From positions 1 to 64,000 of the forward strand of contig JBBRPR010000048.1 in assembly GCA_038227875.1 (NCBI GenBank): DNA of 64,000 nucleotides, read 5' to 3'. Under the pieces are notes generated by a model. It searched no databases. It worked only from the letters and a program-made list of their open reading frames with translations, and had not been told where the DNA came from. The stretch's first letter is position 1. Each line of letters opens with the position of its first letter. Shown one piece after another: positions 28,578-37,804 of this stretch. This stretch comes from Planctomycetota bacterium (GTDB taxonomy: Bacteria > Planctomycetota > SZUA-567 > H5-PLA8). Both the position numbers and the translations under genes were made by a program.

Positions 28578-30536
28578 TTACTTCGCCGCACCCACCGTAT
28601 CCTTGGCGCCCAGCGCTCGCGCTTCGTCGATGGGGTCGGCGTCGGTCAGTTTCATCCCGCGCTCTTGTTTCACCGCCGCTTGATAGTTCACGTAGCGGAT
28701 CGTCGCCGCTGCGAGGAAGATCAGATCGATGGCGACGGCGCTGAGCACGTAACTCTGGCCACCCGCGCCGAAGCCGTACGAATGCAGCCCGGTGCCGAGA
28801 ACGAAATTCACGCCGTACCAGGCCATCACCACCGAGTTAAAGCAGAGCACCGCGCCGAAGCTCAGTCCAAAATTGCCCCACAGCCCCGTGAAGCGGCCGT
28901 GCAGCACGACCAGGTAGCACAGCAGCGTGATGAAGGCCCATGTCTCCTTCGGATCCCAGCCCCAGAAGCGTCCCCATGAATAGTAGGCCCAGACTCCCCC
29001 GAGGATCGTGCCACAGGCGATCAGCAGCACGCCCACCTGCATCGCCCGGTACACGTACTGATGCAGCTCGCGGTGCGTGTCCCGAGCGCCGGGATTGCGC
29101 AGATGCTGCCAGAGCGTCACGTGCCCCAACACACAGGTCAGCATGAAGGCCGCGTAGCTGAGCGTGATAGTGAGCACATGAACCGTCAGCCAGAAATTGT
29201 TGCGCAGCACCGGCACCAGCGGTTTGATCTCCTGCCCGAATCCCGGGACATCGGAATTGCCCGTGATCACCGGAAGCATGTCCATCAGCACCAGGCAGAG
29301 AAATCCGGCGATCGCGCCACAGAGCATGAAGTAGCGCTTGCGGTAGATCAGTTCGAAGATCATGCTGAAGAACACCGCGCCGAATCCGACCCAGACCACC
29401 GACTCATACATATTCGAGACCGGCGGCCGGCCGGCAATCAGGCAGCGCAAGACGAAGCCATAGACGTGGTAGGCCAGACCCAGCATGTAGACCGAGAAGA
29501 TACCGCCATACACGAACTTGTTTTTGACGCGGAAGCACAACGCCCCGGCGATCGTCGCCACCAGATACAGCAGCCATGCCGAACGAAACGGGCGCATTTT
29601 GTTGTAGCTGATTTCGCGGTCCAACGCGTCGTGGCTGGGATAAACGGACGGGCTCAGGTTGATGAGCGTACTGCGCAGGCTCTGCGAGGCCGTGTCGAAC
29701 AATCCGGGATCGCGCATGCGATAGGACTTCAGCAGTTCACTGAATGCCGCTTTGACTTTCTCCGTCTGCTCCTTCGTGTAGTACTTCGGCACGGATGCAG
29801 CGTCGGCACTGTCGGCCAGCTTCGCCAGTGAGATCCACGTGCCGGATGCATCGCTGGGATGAGGAATCAGATTCAGCGATTCAAAGCCCGCGTTGATTTC
29901 CGACAGGGTTTCCGTCCGCTTCTGGACGATCTCCGCCTCCTGTTCCAACGAGGACAGATCGCGCTCCCGATCCGCATGGCGCTTCTCCATCGCGCTGCGG
30001 CAGAGCTTGTCCAGCGCGCCATTTTTCTGAATTTCCGACAGGCTGTATTGCTTCTCACCGCGAGGCAAGCCCAGCGCATCGATCAGCGGACCATAGGCCA
30101 CCAGGATCACCGGCGTGCGCGACCAGTCGCGGGTGTGAAACCAGATTGAAAGAAACACGTCCATCGCCGGCAGTTTCTGGCCGGTCTCCTTGTCCTTCAG
30201 GTATGGCGCCGAAGAAAATAGCGGCAGCCCCACCAGTTGTTCCACGCGCTCGTTGGCATAGGTCTGCAGCGGCTTTTTGCGTCCACCTTCCTGGATCGCC
30301 AGCATTTCCAACACGGAGAAATCCAGTTCGCCGGTAAGCTTCACGCTGGGAAGCTCTTCCTCACCCGCTGAGTTCGGGCCGTCCGCAGCAGGCCCAGCCG
30401 CCGGATCCACGCCCGCATGCGGATTCACCGGATGCTCGTCCTTCGGGGCATCTGAGGCGCGAGCCGTTCCTACTGCAATTAGCACCATGCCCGCCACAAA
30501 CATCGCGGCACTCTGTCGAATTCGAATCGTGTACAT
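28578..30536 (-). CDS. ccsA: Cytochrome c biogenesis protein CcsA/ResC (system II) with large periplasmic N-terminal region
   Basis: WWD domain WAYYSWGRFWGWDPKETW; PVSNMYES; WLTVHV; GLHSYG. Confidence 0.95.
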   Translation of the reverse strand: MYTIRIRQSAAMFVAGMVLIAVGTARASDAPKDEHPVNPHAGVDPAAGPAADGPNSAGEEELPSVKLTGELDFSVLEMLAIQEGGRKKPLQTYANERVEQLVGLPLFSSAPYLKDKETGQKLPAMDVFLSIWFHTRDWSRTPVILVAYGPLIDALGLPRGEKQYSLSEIQKNGALDKLCRSAMEKRHADRERDLSSLEQEAEIVQKRTETLSEINAGFESLNLIPHPSDASGTWISLAKLADSADAASVPKYYTKEQTEKVKAAFSELLKSYRMRDPGLFDTASQSLRSTLINLSPSVYPSHDALDREISYNKMRPFRSAWLLYLVATIAGALCFRVKNKFVYGGIFSVYMLGLAYHVYGFVLRCLIAGRPPVSNMYESVVWVGFGAVFFSMIFELIYRKRYFMLCGAIAGFLCLVLMDMLPVITGNSDVPGFGQEIKPLVPVLRNNFWLTVHVLTITLSYAAFMLTCVLGHVTLWQHLRNPGARDTHRELHQYVYRAMQVGVLLIACGTILGGVWAYYSWGRFWGWDPKETWAFITLLCYLVVLHGRFTGLWGNFGLSFGAVLCFNSVVMAWYGVNFVLGTGLHSYGFGAGGQSYVLSAVAIDLIFLAAATIRYVNYQAAVKQERGMKLTDADPIDEARALGAKDTVGAAK

Positions 30537-30566
30537 TCGCGTTAGCCTCAAATGGAACGGTGTGCC

Positions 30567-32732
30567 TCAACCCTTGGCGTGAACGGTTTCTGATTCCTGC
30601 AGATTGGTCTTCACGGTGCTTCTGGCCATTTCAGGCACAACGGCGTGCACGGTTTTCACGCGCCGGGTGAAGTATGGCTTCAGGTAAAACATGGTGAAGA
30701 TTCCAAAGCAGATCATCAGGCAGCCCACCCACTTGGGCATCCAACCCGGATCGCGGACCACCTGCACGCCGGAGTAATCTGGATCCATGGGCATGCGGTG
30801 ATCGGCCTGTGAAAACTTGTACGTCGTGCCCAGCCATGGACCCCACCACGTCGCCGGATATGTCGTGGGCGAATTCATGAAAATCTTGTGTGTCTTCTGG
30901 CGGTAAGCAGCGATGTCGGACTTCTGGATGGTCAGCGACTTCCGGTTTTCAAATTCCAGCGTCAACTTCGTCGCGTCTTCGCTGATGATCGCGCCGGAAA
31001 GTGCGAGGTTATTTCCGTCGTCGAAGAGTTCGTGGAAATCGGTCTTGTCCTTTTCCTGCCCGTTTTTCAGCTCCTGCAGGAGCTTCGCGTCTGGTTTGAG
31101 TTTCACGCGATCGATGCGTCCATCGAAACTGAGCGTGCTTTCGAACGATGCGAAACTCATGCTTTCTTCCAAGCCCTCATCGTGCGGCGCCGAGAATTTG
31201 AACAGTCCCACCGTGAACGGCAGAATTTGATGCTCATTCGCATAGGCGATGCCGACCGTTTTCCTGCCCACGCTGAAGTTCTTTCGCGGGAGTTCCACGA
31301 TGGTGTCACCCGTATCGGAATTGGCGTGGATCTGCAGGACGCTCTGCGCCAGCCAGGCTTCCACACTCTCACCGGCCACGGTCACGCGGCATTTCAACCC
31401 CGGCGTGCGGCCGTCACGATCAGCAGTCTTCGTGATCGGCTGCCACAGTGCTGTGGACTTGGAATGCGGAAGAAACTGGTCGATCGTGAACGTGGTTCCG
31501 GGAACCCAGCGCACGTCCTCCGACTTGCCCTCGGTCAGTTCGCCCGTGAACTCACCCTTCTTTGCCGACTTGATCAAGTAGCGCAATTTGCCATCGTCGC
31601 CCAGGTACACCCGTAACGCGTTGCCACCTTGTCCGGACAACTGTTCACCGTTGCCGTGCCCATTTGTGGGATTCTCGAGTTTCGCGTTCACCAGCGGTCC
31701 CAGCAGATCAAAAAAGAGCGCCGGGTTTTCGGGTTTGTTGTCCTGGGTCGTGGCCTGCTTGTTGATCATCCGGAAGTTCGGGTAGTAGTTGAAAATGAAA
31801 ACCTTCCAGCCATCCAGGCCCTCGAGCGGCAGATCTTTTTTCTCGTTACCGTTGATCGCGAGATTGAATTCGCGTCCCAGCAATTTCAGCGACAGCGTGG
31901 GCAGGGCCGTTTTCGGGTCGACAACCAGCATGGCCTCCGCCTGGGTCGGCTCGCCGACGCGGAGGGTGATCATCGGGTTGTCTTTCTGTTTGGAAAAGAT
32001 GTAGTACCGTTCCTGGCGCGGCGTGAGTTTCACCGCGTCCTCTTTTGCGCTGGCATCGACGGGCTTCGTCAGTACCGGCATGCCCTTCTCAAAGGCCAGG
32101 GTCGCCGGCCCATCGGACTCGCTGTTGCCGAGGAACAGCCAGCGCTCCTGCCGGCCCATCATCGGACCTTCCAGCCGCAGTCGGATCGCAGGGTCGCCGC
32201 TCTCTGCCTTCGAAACTTCCTGGTACGACTCGACGTCGCCGGAATCAATCACCTCCACCTTGACGTCCGGCGTCGGAGATTTCACGGTAAACGCGCGGTC
32301 GGCGGACTTGTTATTGAACGAAGTATGGGCCGATTCAGCCACGCCATCCACGCTTACGACCAGTTCCTGCTGGCGCAGTTCCATGACATCCGTCGGCGCG
32401 GCGCCACGGTGCAATTGCACGAATCCTTCCACGCCCCAATGCCGGTCGATCATCGAACCGATCAACAGAATGATGATGCCCGCGTGCGTGATCACGAATC
32501 CGTACTGATGCGGCTTCCACGGGTAGCGGATGGCCGCGACCGCGAAGAGATTGACGCACAAGAGCGAAAGCCAGAGATCAAACCAGAGGCTCCCATAGAC
32601 CAGTTTCCTGGCGACTTCCGCACTGATTGACGACTCCCAATACGTCCCCAGAATGGAGGCGATAATGATGACGGCCAGAAGAATCAACGCCAGTTTCAGC
32701 GAGCCCAGAAATTGGAAAACTTTACGCATCAT
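30567..32732 (-). CDS. resB: Cytochrome c biogenesis protein ResB/Ccs1-like
   Basis: FLGSLKLAL, VYGSLWF..L.VNL, GFVITHAGIIILLIG, large periplasmic region, VVRDPG..KWVG C-terminal TM; adjacent to ccsA. Confidence 0.88.
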   Translation of the reverse strand: MMRKVFQFLGSLKLALILLAVIIIASILGTYWESSISAEVARKLVYGSLWFDLWLSLLCVNLFAVAAIRYPWKPHQYGFVITHAGIIILLIGSMIDRHWGVEGFVQLHRGAAPTDVMELRQQELVVSVDGVAESAHTSFNNKSADRAFTVKSPTPDVKVEVIDSGDVESYQEVSKAESGDPAIRLRLEGPMMGRQERWLFLGNSESDGPATLAFEKGMPVLTKPVDASAKEDAVKLTPRQERYYIFSKQKDNPMITLRVGEPTQAEAMLVVDPKTALPTLSLKLLGREFNLAINGNEKKDLPLEGLDGWKVFIFNYYPNFRMINKQATTQDNKPENPALFFDLLGPLVNAKLENPTNGHGNGEQLSGQGGNALRVYLGDDGKLRYLIKSAKKGEFTGELTEGKSEDVRWVPGTTFTIDQFLPHSKSTALWQPITKTADRDGRTPGLKCRVTVAGESVEAWLAQSVLQIHANSDTGDTIVELPRKNFSVGRKTVGIAYANEHQILPFTVGLFKFSAPHDEGLEESMSFASFESTLSFDGRIDRVKLKPDAKLLQELKNGQEKDKTDFHELFDDGNNLALSGAIISEDATKLTLEFENRKSLTIQKSDIAAYRQKTHKIFMNSPTTYPATWWGPWLGTTYKFSQADHRMPMDPDYSGVQVVRDPGWMPKWVGCLMICFGIFTMFYLKPYFTRRVKTVHAVVPEMARSTVKTNLQESETVHAKG

Positions 32733-33338
32733 CTCGTCTTTCAGCTCAAGGCCGGGAGCCAGAACATCTCCCAAATCACAGCGGAACCTAACGATGGAAT
32801 GCGAATGGGGTGCCAGTGCCGCCCCAGTGGGGGCAGCGCCGATTTTCCAATACTTGAAAAAGACTGACGCAGAAATGAAAAAGCTCCCTTTTCGCTGAGG
32901 CGAATACCGCTGCGGGGACTTATTCGCTGCCCTGACAAAGCGCTGCTGCGCGCTGCGAAATCCCTGCTTGGTCTCACTAAATTCGAAGCACGTTTTCATA
33001 GGCAGGCTCCTCCTTCCCAGGCCGTCGGCCTCGGGCACAGCCTTTGCAGCCACAAGCTTCTCGCAGGCCGATTTCGGCTCAACAGGGTGAGCCTGGAAAG
33101 GGGTGCTTTACGGGCAAACGTGAATCAGTCGCGAATTCGGGAGGGATTCGTGGCGGGCAGGACGGGACATTTTAATTCGTGTCGACGCGTGCCATCGACA
33201 CTTCGGCAAGCAGACGCTGGGAGGACCAACGAAGCTCAGGTGGACAACACAGCGTGTCCTGCCTGTAATTCAGGCTCGGTAGTGCAACCCTGAAGTCGCT
33301 GAAATAAGTAATTGCTACACCGCGGTAACAATGCACAA

Positions 33339-33366
33339 TTGAAGTGCTTCCTCTGCATTGTATACT
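33339..33366 (+). promoter_or_regulatory. Putative sigma-70 promoter of the c554-like cytochrome
   Basis: TTGAAG-N16-TATACT. Confidence 0.5.
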
Positions 33367-33442
33367 GCAGCACCTCAAGAACTAGGAAACGATCAACACG
33401 GCGCAATACGAACCGTGGTCACAACGAATCAGGAGGAAGTAG

Positions 33443-34129
33443 ATGAAAACAAAAAATCGCAAACATCTCTGGACCACAGCAAAGGTTTTCGTGCTGTGCG
33501 CCCTGATCCTCGTGGGGCATAACTGGCTGACAAGCGGTAGCGTCTCGCTGGCCGATGGTGACGCGATTTATGTCGGCGCAGAGAAGTGCAAGAATTGCCA
33601 TTCCTCGCCCAAAAAAGGCGATCCGTATGGGATGTGGATGAAAGAGAAGCACAGCAAGGCCTATACTGTTCTAGCCTCTGACGAGGCCAAGAAATTGGGC
33701 GCGACCAAAAACATTGCCGAGCCTCAGAAGTCCGACGACTGCTTGAAATGTCATGTTGCTGCAGTCGGCGTTGCGGCGGAGAAGAAGCACAAGAAGTTCG
33801 ATCCGACACAAGGCGTTCAGTGCGAGTCCTGCCACGGTCCGGGAAGCAAGCACGTGGAAGCCCGCCTGAAAGCCGACGAAGTTGAGGACGACAGCAAGCC
33901 CGTCGCGATCGGCAAGGATGAAATTATTGGTAGTCCCACCGCCGAAACCTGCCGCAAGTGCCACAACAAGCAGGATTCTCCCAACTACAAGCCGTTCGCA
34001 TTCAAGAAATATTTCAAGCAGATCGCCCATCTCGATCCGCGCAAAGGTCGGCCCGCGGATTATATTGACAAGTTGCCGGATGATCCGAAGGACGATCCGG
34101 ATGCAGCAAAGATTGAGTTCAGCAAGTAA
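33443..34129 (+). CDS. Tetraheme cytochrome c554-family protein
   Basis: YVGAEKCKNCH, W..EKHSKA, CLKCH, GVQCESCHGPGS.H, CRKCH; signal peptide; RBS AGGAGG. Confidence 0.92.
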   Translation: MKTKNRKHLWTTAKVFVLCALILVGHNWLTSGSVSLADGDAIYVGAEKCKNCHSSPKKGDPYGMWMKEKHSKAYTVLASDEAKKLGATKNIAEPQKSDDCLKCHVAAVGVAAEKKHKKFDPTQGVQCESCHGPGSKHVEARLKADEVEDDSKPVAIGKDEIIGSPTAETCRKCHNKQDSPNYKPFAFKKYFKQIAHLDPRKGRPADYIDKLPDDPKDDPDAAKIEFSK

Positions 34130-34150
34130 GTCGTATCTGCAGCAGAAGCG

Positions 34151-34190
34151 AAGCGTGGTGGCGAACTTATCGCCACCACGCTTTTTTGTT
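34151..34190 (+). terminator. Rho-independent terminator
   Basis: AAGCGTGGTGGCGA-actta-TCGCCACCACGCTT followed by a T-tract. Confidence 0.85.
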
Positions 34191-34309
34191 GTGCTCCGAA
34201 TGGTTCCAATTCGTTTATTGCCAGCTGCTTAATTATCGCCAAGCGCCATACGCACGCGGGTCCAAATGCGCTGAAAATGGACGTCGCGTCGTTTGGGCCG
34301 GTTTGTTCG

Positions 34310-35440
34310 TCAGCCCTTGAAAACTTCAGCCGGCTCCAACCGCATCACTTTGATCACCGACAGGATCGAAGCGAGGATGCACACGCCGACGGTGAAGACG
34401 CCGAGCACGCAGTAGGTTTTGAAGTTCAGCGACAGGTGGATGCCCACGCCGCCGATGCAGTGTTCGGCGATCAGCAGCAGGCCGCCGGCGATCAGATGCG
34501 CCGGCAACGCGCCCATGACGGCTTGCGCCACGATCGCACCGGTGATCTGGCTGTTCGATGCGCCCATCGCCTTGAGCGTGCCGTATTCCTTGAGGTGTTC
34601 GAGTGTCGACGTAAAGAGCACCTGCCCGGCGACGACAACGCCGACGATCAGACCCATCAGCGCCGACATGCCCAGCGCAGGGCCGGCGCCGGTGGCGTTG
34701 AGCCAATAGTCCTGCGCCTTTTTCGACATCTGGTCCTTGGTGTACACTTCGAAATACTCCGACTCGCCCAGCACGTGCAGATTCCGCACGACTTCCGACC
34801 GGTCGACTCCGGGTTCGAGCTTGATCAAGATGTAATGCATGGCGTCCATCGAGAGATGTCCGAACGACCTCGCGTTGTCGAGATCCGTAAAGAGCATCGG
34901 GTTGCCCTGGAAGGAGCGAATGCCGTCGGTCACGCCCACCACACGCGCGCTGATCTGGCCGATTTGCGTGTCGGAATCCAATCCGGCGCCGTCAAGTTTC
35001 TGGCGCGCGGTGGTGTCGATCGTCACGGCGCCGGGAGCGGAGAGGTCTTCTGGAAATCCGCACATCATCTGCCACGGACGGCCGAGTTCATGGTCGACGT
35101 CATAACCGACAATCTGCACGGTCTCCTCGGCTCCGACGCCCAGCTTCCAGTCGCTAAAGACGATCAGCATTGGGTACGCCGCGCTCACGCCGCGCGTGGA
35201 GCGGGCAAGTTCCAGCACGTGCGGATTGAGCATCTTGGGAAAGTCGAAGTTCTCGTGAAACTTGGCGCAGATCCACAGGTCAGCTTCGGTGTGATCGACG
35301 ATGATCGAGGCGTTCTCTTTAAATCCGATGTAGAGGCCCAACTGAATGAACGCCAGCCCCGCGGCCACGGAGATGCCCATCAGCGCCACGAGATAACGCA
35401 GCGGTTTGTGCAGGATGATGCGAAAGGCGAGCGCTACCAC
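34310..35440 (-). CDS. ABC transporter permease, FtsX/MacB (DevC-like) family
   Basis: N-terminal TM, periplasmic domain, EHLKEYGTLKAMGASN, LEPAEVFKG terminus. Confidence 0.9.
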   Translation of the reverse strand: MVALAFRIILHKPLRYLVALMGISVAAGLAFIQLGLYIGFKENASIIVDHTEADLWICAKFHENFDFPKMLNPHVLELARSTRGVSAAYPMLIVFSDWKLGVGAEETVQIVGYDVDHELGRPWQMMCGFPEDLSAPGAVTIDTTARQKLDGAGLDSDTQIGQISARVVGVTDGIRSFQGNPMLFTDLDNARSFGHLSMDAMHYILIKLEPGVDRSEVVRNLHVLGESEYFEVYTKDQMSKKAQDYWLNATGAGPALGMSALMGLIVGVVVAGQVLFTSTLEHLKEYGTLKAMGASNSQITGAIVAQAVMGALPAHLIAGGLLLIAEHCIGGVGIHLSLNFKTYCVLGVFTVGVCILASILSVIKVMRLEPAEVFKG

Positions 35441-35470
35441 TCCTGTTTACTCCGTGTGTAACCAACGCGG

Positions 35471-35851
35471 CTATTCTGGCGCGGAAAACGAAACCACGGC
35501 CGGCGCGTTGGTGGCTTTGAGACTGTCCTGATCGGTGGAGCTCTGGCTCTTCCAGCGCGAATCCAGATACAGATTGTAGCCGGCGATGATCAGGGGGATC
35601 AAATTCTGCATCACTCCCACCATGTCCTGCTTGGGGCTCAAGATGAAATACGTCAGTGTCGTCACACTACCCACGATGCTCATGATCCAGAACAGTCTCG
35701 GCGTAATCGAACGGCCGGCCTTCTGCGAATAGTACGCCTGAACGATCCAGCGGCAGCCAAACATCAGCGCACCGACCATGCCCACAATTTTCCAGGGCGT
35801 GACCACGACGTCGTAGCCGAACAAGCCAAATTCAAGAATATGAAAATTCAT
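35471..35851 (-). CDS. Lipid-A-disaccharide synthase N-terminal (LAB_N) domain protein
   Basis: WKIVGMVGALMFGCRWIVQ..SQKAGRSITPRLFWIMSIVGS..YF..D.V..YNL. Confidence 0.88.
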   Translation of the reverse strand: MNFHILEFGLFGYDVVVTPWKIVGMVGALMFGCRWIVQAYYSQKAGRSITPRLFWIMSIVGSVTTLTYFILSPKQDMVGVMQNLIPLIIAGYNLYLDSRWKSQSSTDQDSLKATNAPAVVSFSAPE

Positions 35852-35880
35852 CACGCCTCCGTGCGCGAATACCGATCCAG

Positions 35881-37764
35881 TCAATTACCCAGCGCCTTGG
35901 AAACCTCGATCTTCGGAATTTCGGGTACATCAGAAGGATCGATAGCGTAGCCGTTAGCTTCAAGAATTTTTGAAGCTGCGGTGTTTGCATACACATTGCG
36001 GTGTCCGGTCTGCTTTACGTGGGCGAGCCGGCTGTGGGCGGGCAACTTCGGCGCATCCTCCACCCAATCCGTTCGTTCGAAATCAGTGACATACAACACG
36101 GGCTTGCTGGAATTCCAGACGTCGGCGAATTCGGCGTCGTTCAACAAAAATGTGGGGCGCGCGCCGGGATAGCACGGCGGCGGGCGGCGCTTGCTTTCCA
36201 GAATCAATACCTGGGCCGGAACGCCTTCCTGGCGGAGGTAGTAGTAAATCCCGCCTGCGGCACCGACTTCTTCCGAAGCCTCCGTCACCCAGACGAAGCG
36301 GCTGGCCAGCACCGGCTCGAGATTCTGCACCAAACGTTTGGAGGAATAGAGCGGATCCAACGCTTTGAAGTACGAGACGGCGTGCGCCTCCAGCGAGCAC
36401 ATCAACACGGTCATCGCCACCACGGCGGCGATGGCGTGATTGCGTTTCATCAACACCCCGGCGACCAGCAATACCAGCCCCGCCGCGGCAGCCAGCGCGC
36501 ACACCACGGTCGTGGAACCCGCGTCGCGAACTTCCGGCGCCATCGCCAGTGCCGAAGATACAAACGGCACGCCGATCAGCAGAAGCACGCCGACCAGCAG
36601 CGGAAAGAGAAATTCAGATCGGGCGGCAGACCGGGGATTGGCGAGCCGGTCCTCAATGGCGCCCGCACAGAGCACGGCAAACGGAGGAATGGCCGGCAGC
36701 GCGTAGTAGACCAGCCGCGACGGCACCACGGTAAAGAATCCCACCACCAGCGCGAAGCCGATCGCCAGAACCAGGATGCCTTCCGTTTTTATATCAAGCG
36801 ATGCGGCTTCGCCGGTCGCGGGAGCGCTCCGCTTCCCGGCCCTCAACTGCCGCCACGTGAATGCCACAGCCTCCGGCGCGAACAAACCCCAGGGCATCAG
36901 CCAGATGAAGGTGATCATCAGAAAGATTCCGGCGCCGGTCTGCACGACTTCGTAGTCGTGTGGCACGCGCATGTCGAACAGGCGGTTGAAATGTTCGTTG
37001 ATGATCATGTACGCAATCGCGCCGGGGTTGTTCCGTTCGTAGACGTACGCCCACGGCCCCACGATCGCGGCGAGAATCAGCAGACCCAGAAAAGGCCGCG
37101 CCTTGCCGATCAGATCCCACTTTTTTCGAATGAGAATATAGAACACCAGCACGCCGGCCGGGAACGCGATGCCCAGCAGTCCCTTGGCCAGCACCGCCAG
37201 TGCCATCGTGGCGTAAAAGAAAATCCAACGGGAAAGCCGGTCGGTGACGATCGCCTTCCAGAGGAAATACAGCGAGGCCAGGAAGAGCGTGCCGAGCAAT
37301 TCGTCGATCAGCAGTTGGTGCGCGAACAGCCACCAGCCGGCAGAGACGGAGAGCATCACCGCGGCCAGGCGCGCGGCGCGGCGGCCCCATAACTCGTAAG
37401 CCCACATGAACGCCACAAAGGAACCGAAGACCGCAATGAGGATCTGCGGAAAGCGCGCGCAGAATTCCGGAGCCGCGATGGTGCTCAGCACCATGTAGCT
37501 CAACGCGATGATCCAGTAAAACAACGGCGGCTTGTTCAGCTCCGGCCAGCCGTCGAGAAACGGCGTCGAGAAGTCGTGCCGCAGGATCATCTCCTGCGCG
37601 CCGCCGCCGTACTGGGCTTCATGCGGTTCGTAAAGTCCGTACGACCCCACGCCGACGGCCATCACCACCAGAATTGCGATAAATAGTGCGGCATCGGTCC
37701 AGGTGAAGCGGGAGCGCAATTTTGAAAACAGTGCTTCAGAATTTGACAAACGTAAACGCTCCAC
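35881..37764 (-). CDS. ArnT/PMT-family (GT83/GT39-like) membrane glycosyltransferase
   Basis: LYEPHEAQY..EM..TPFLDG..NKPPLFYW; LAKGLLG..P; INEHFNR; LVYYALP.IPP. Confidence 0.9.
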   Translation of the reverse strand: MERLRLSNSEALFSKLRSRFTWTDAALFIAILVVMAVGVGSYGLYEPHEAQYGGGAQEMILRHDFSTPFLDGWPELNKPPLFYWIIALSYMVLSTIAAPEFCARFPQILIAVFGSFVAFMWAYELWGRRAARLAAVMLSVSAGWWLFAHQLLIDELLGTLFLASLYFLWKAIVTDRLSRWIFFYATMALAVLAKGLLGIAFPAGVLVFYILIRKKWDLIGKARPFLGLLILAAIVGPWAYVYERNNPGAIAYMIINEHFNRLFDMRVPHDYEVVQTGAGIFLMITFIWLMPWGLFAPEAVAFTWRQLRAGKRSAPATGEAASLDIKTEGILVLAIGFALVVGFFTVVPSRLVYYALPAIPPFAVLCAGAIEDRLANPRSAARSEFLFPLLVGVLLLIGVPFVSSALAMAPEVRDAGSTTVVCALAAAAGLVLLVAGVLMKRNHAIAAVVAMTVLMCSLEAHAVSYFKALDPLYSSKRLVQNLEPVLASRFVWVTEASEEVGAAGGIYYYLRQEGVPAQVLILESKRRPPPCYPGARPTFLLNDAEFADVWNSSKPVLYVTDFERTDWVEDAPKLPAHSRLAHVKQTGHRNVYANTAASKILEANGYAIDPSDVPEIPKIEVSKALGN

Positions 37765-37804
37765 GCGGACGGAATGAATCTCTGGCGCTGCTCAAATTGG
37801 CCGG

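Noticed and set aside
33443..34129. c554-like cytochrome as evidence for ammonia oxidation or anammox
   Set aside because: The fold is widespread, and no hao, amo or hzs genes are in the window.
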